The translations under genes and the position numbers were made by a program. From Lama guanicoe (taxonomy: Eukaryota): 64,000 nucleotides of DNA. The notes under the pieces are model-generated. The model was not told where the DNA came from. It did not search any database and saw nothing but the letters and a program-made list of their open reading frames with translations. The DNA lies in NCBI GenBank assembly GCA_013239625.1, contig MU054391.1:4297824-4361823 (forward strand), in the 5' to 3' direction. This document shows, in pieces, positions 60,521-64,000 of the stretch. The first letter of the stretch is position 1; the number at the start of each line of letters is the position of its first letter.

Positions 60521-62334
60521 TTGACTCATCCAGCCGGGGAGCTCATGTGGCTCGCTCTCTCCCCCACCGCCTCTCTCTCTCTCTCGCTTCCCCTCTCTCT
60601 CATCTTTTGAGTTAGTCTTTCTTGATGATGATTCTGTCCATGTTGTTTTTCAACTGTCCTTGAGTACTGTGTTTCTTGTGATTGTACACGGTATCTCTAT
60701 GGCTGTTCTGTATAACATTTCCTGCGTGCCAAGGTTCTAGTCGGTGTGGAGGGGCACTGATGGGTTTGGCTTATTAATTATCTCTCTGACCATCTGGCTG
60801 AACTTCATGACGGTAGTAATGGCTCATCGACTGACGAGTCATTGGATTACCCCCCACACCTCTCTTGGGATTTCTGTTAAAATGATCATACGACCCGCGA
60901 ATAATGGCGAGTTCATCTATTCCTTTCTAATCTCTACGTGTGTTTCTTTTTCTTTTCTTAATGAGTTCACCCATTCAGCTGACTTTCACAGCACAAATGT
61001 TAAGCATCCTCACACACGGTGAGGGCTTTCGTTACCACGTGCCTGGAGTGGATGTGACCAAAATCTTCCACTGAATGTAATATTGCAGTGGGTAAATAAT
61101 TTCTAACAAATTAGAAAGCTCATCTTTTATTTCTAATTTTCTAATTGTATTTTTTTTAAGAATCATAAATTGGTACTAAACTTTGCCTTACGCTTTTTTA
61201 GGCATCCTTTTCTATTAAAGTGATTATGTGGGTGATTTTCCCATTCACTGCCATGTGATGAATTTTATAGCTCGATTTCCTGATACTGACCCTCATGTTC
61301 ATTCTTGCTGTGAATCCAGCTTGATCATGATCCACTGTTTTTTAATCTTCCAGTAGGATTGGTAAGTTGGTATTTTATTTAGGATTTTAAAATCTACATT
61401 CACAAGTCAAATTGGTCCGTGTATTTTCTTTTTCTTGTAATTCCTTCGTCTAGTTTCGGCATCAAGCTTTTAGAAACCCCACAAAATGTGTGGAGAAGCT
61501 TTATTCATTTCTTGCTATAAGTGGCAAGGTCTATTAGATACAGAAAGTCTCTTTGAGAATTTAGGAGAACATAGCAACTGACAAAAAATTATCTTACTAA
61601 TATTTCATTTTCTCTCATGGTCGCTTACATGTAAGTACAATGTATATATGTAATATTCATATTTAAATATGAGTGTATGTTGTTATTGACCACAGACATA
61701 TACATGCAGATATCATATATCCCAGTTTTGGCTTTTCTTCAGAAAACTTTTAATTGTCAATAAGATTTCAAATTTATTGGCTGAGAGTCCCTTTTGTAAT
61801 ATTATTATACATCAATTTTGGTCATTTGTGCAGAGTGACATCGTTTTCCATTTTTCTTAGTGTGTTTTGTTTATTTGCCTCTTCTCTCTAATTGGGAGGG
61901 TCGGTCCTGTCAGAGGTGTATTTTGTTTACTAGCGTTTCCAGTGAGCCCCCTGAGGGGTACGTTCATTACCTCGTGTGTGTCTGTGTGTGCCTTTTTCCT
62001 TCTCTCCTGTGTTTTTTTGGAAAGAGTGAATGTTATTTCATAGGTTTGAAAAAAAATTCATTTCATTTCTATTCTTTTGATAGTTATCTCTAATTTATCG
62101 ACTATATATTTTTCATATTTATATTCCTATCTATTGCTTTTATATTAATGTTATAATAAAAACATGTAGAATTTTGGAAAAAATAGAACAAAGCGGGGAG
62201 ATAGAGGAGATGAACGGAGCTAAGACTTTTGACTTGTACGAAGGTAGGATACAGATGATGCGATGCTAAAAAAGGCAAATTCATAATTGCTGTGAAAAAT
62301 GGAAATAGGGTGAATATTCTAATATATAATGATA

Positions 62335-63400
62335 GTATTTCCTTCCATCAAATGACTCATTTTTTGTCTTGGAAATTTTTATTAAATCAGTGCTGTCACT
62401 TCCAGCTTCCATAACTTTTATCTCAATCCTCACATTACACTGTTGCTTTCAGATGCATTCCGGGAGAATTGTTTGAAAGCAGCAGTCACCCTGCTAATTT
62501 GTTCTTCCACTGTATCTGTTCTTCTGTAAAAGTCTGTTCACTGAGTTCGTTATTTCAACAACTTAATTTTCCATTGCCAAAGTCGTCTTCTTGTACACTT
62601 GTTCCTGCTTCCAGATAGCCTTATGTATTTTAAATTCTTATTCTCTACTGTCCTGTTCATTTTGATTCTTCAGCTGTTAGCTGTTCTATTTGTTAGCTCT
62701 TTCTCATGTTGCTTTGACCAGGTAGTTTTCCCGTGAGCTTATCTTTTATTCTCGTGGGACTATGAGTTGCACTGTTAACAATGTTTTCTTGGTGATGGGG
62801 CAAAGGCATACCTTCAGTTAATTCCCCTAAGGTGAGTTTAGGAATGTCTTAGGGAATCGTGTCCCCAGCATTACACTCCAGGCTCTGATTCTCTCCTTAC
62901 AGCTCCGTCCCCTCCATGAACTTCTGGAATGCCCACCCCAGGCACTGCTCTTCTTCTGAAGTTAACAGCCTCTCTGTGATTGCATGTTCTGTGGGGTAGA
63001 ATGGGGCCCAGGAGCTAAGCCAAGGCTGGCCAGCTATATGGCACTGCCCGCTGTGGACTGTCTATCCATGCTCTGGTCTAGCATCGAATTAATGTCACCC
63101 TTCCACCTATAAGAGGGGGCTGACCAATGTTATCCTACTGTGATGATAGTAAGGCAGATAAACATCCATCCAGGGAAGCATGAGATAGAGTTAAAAAAAA
63201 AAATCAGAGCCCAGTCAGTCCATCCCTCCCCTTGCCTGTGGGCAATGATTCTCTTCAGTTCCAGGCTGTTATACCCTCCCTCCTCTACCTTCTGCTGCTG
63301 CCACGGGAACTCAACAAACTTCTCTCTCTCCAAGGGATTCTCACTATTTTGTAGGTTTCTGAGATGTCAGCCTTCACATATCATTCATGGCTTTCAAGGG
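62335..63400 (-). mobile_element. Old L1ME ORF1/5' region
   Basis: T-rich antisense ORF1-like sequence (tcttggaaatttttatt...tttcagatgcattc...aatttgttcttccactgtatct). Confidence 0.45.
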
Positions 63401-64000
63401 TAAACACCCAGGTGCTTCATATCTTTTCTAGAACCTCTTAATACTCTACTGAATAATTCTCTGGATGGAAGAGTCCAGCACAAAAGTTGCAGGTGGTGAT
63501 GGCTAAAACAACGGGCCTGAACTGGAGATTCCTAGAAAAACATAGCGTGAGAGAAGTTTGGAGTAAACCAGCAGCCATTCTGTCAATCCAAGGTCCACTC
63601 TCACCATGGTGCAGTGGGGCTTTGTGTCTGAAGAACGGGACCTTTAGCCTTCCACTGGGAATTATCCACTGGTCTGTTTAAGACGAAAGCTTGTTTTCAA
63701 GATGAAAACTGGACAGAGTAATCACTTACAGACAGCGGTGAGATTTTGTCTGGCAGAGTCACAGTAGCTTGGGAATAGACATCTGTGTATGGAATATGGT
63801 TGATGTCATCCACCCAGCCACTCCTACATTCCCCCGGTGCCTCTCCCTTGTCTCTCCAACCAGAGGGATGAGGGGGAAATACTGTGCCTGTCATTAGCTG
63901 GCAAGACTGGAGCAGGGGTTAGCAGGCCAATTGGAGCCAAATAGAAACTGTTCTATTATGATATCACTGCTGCCTGTTGGTTTGCCCATCTTGCTCCCGA

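Noticed and set aside
1..64000. Prokaryotic-type systems (CRISPR array, operons, defence islands)
   Set aside because: Sequence is mammalian and repeat-dominated; no regularly spaced direct repeats or gene-dense ORFs.

Overview
Mammalian, almost certainly camelid, genomic DNA. The assignment rests on two Vic-1-type tRNA-derived SINEs and an artiodactyl-type L1 3'UTR. The window is repeat-rich intergenic or intronic sequence: L1, L2, MIR, MaLR/ERVL/ERV1 solo LTRs, hAT and Tigger DNA transposons, and microsatellites. I recognise no known protein-coding gene, tRNA/rRNA gene, CRISPR array or prokaryotic system, and nearly all listed ORFs look spurious or repeat-derived. The best candidate for something undescribed is a minus-strand 3-exon unit running from the CpG island at ~7.2-7.65 kb to polyA signals at ~5.7-5.8 kb. 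Its exons splice in frame into an 81-codon ORF ending C-P-I-TGA, directly followed in frame by a second 81-codon ORF with a short SELENOW-like stretch. This is speculative and no SECIS was seen. A second theme is patchy AT-to-GC skew inside old repeats, suggesting GC-biased gene conversion scars. All repeat family calls were made by eye from remembered consensus features and need RepeatMasker/Dfam confirmation; boundaries are approximate unless a TSD is given.
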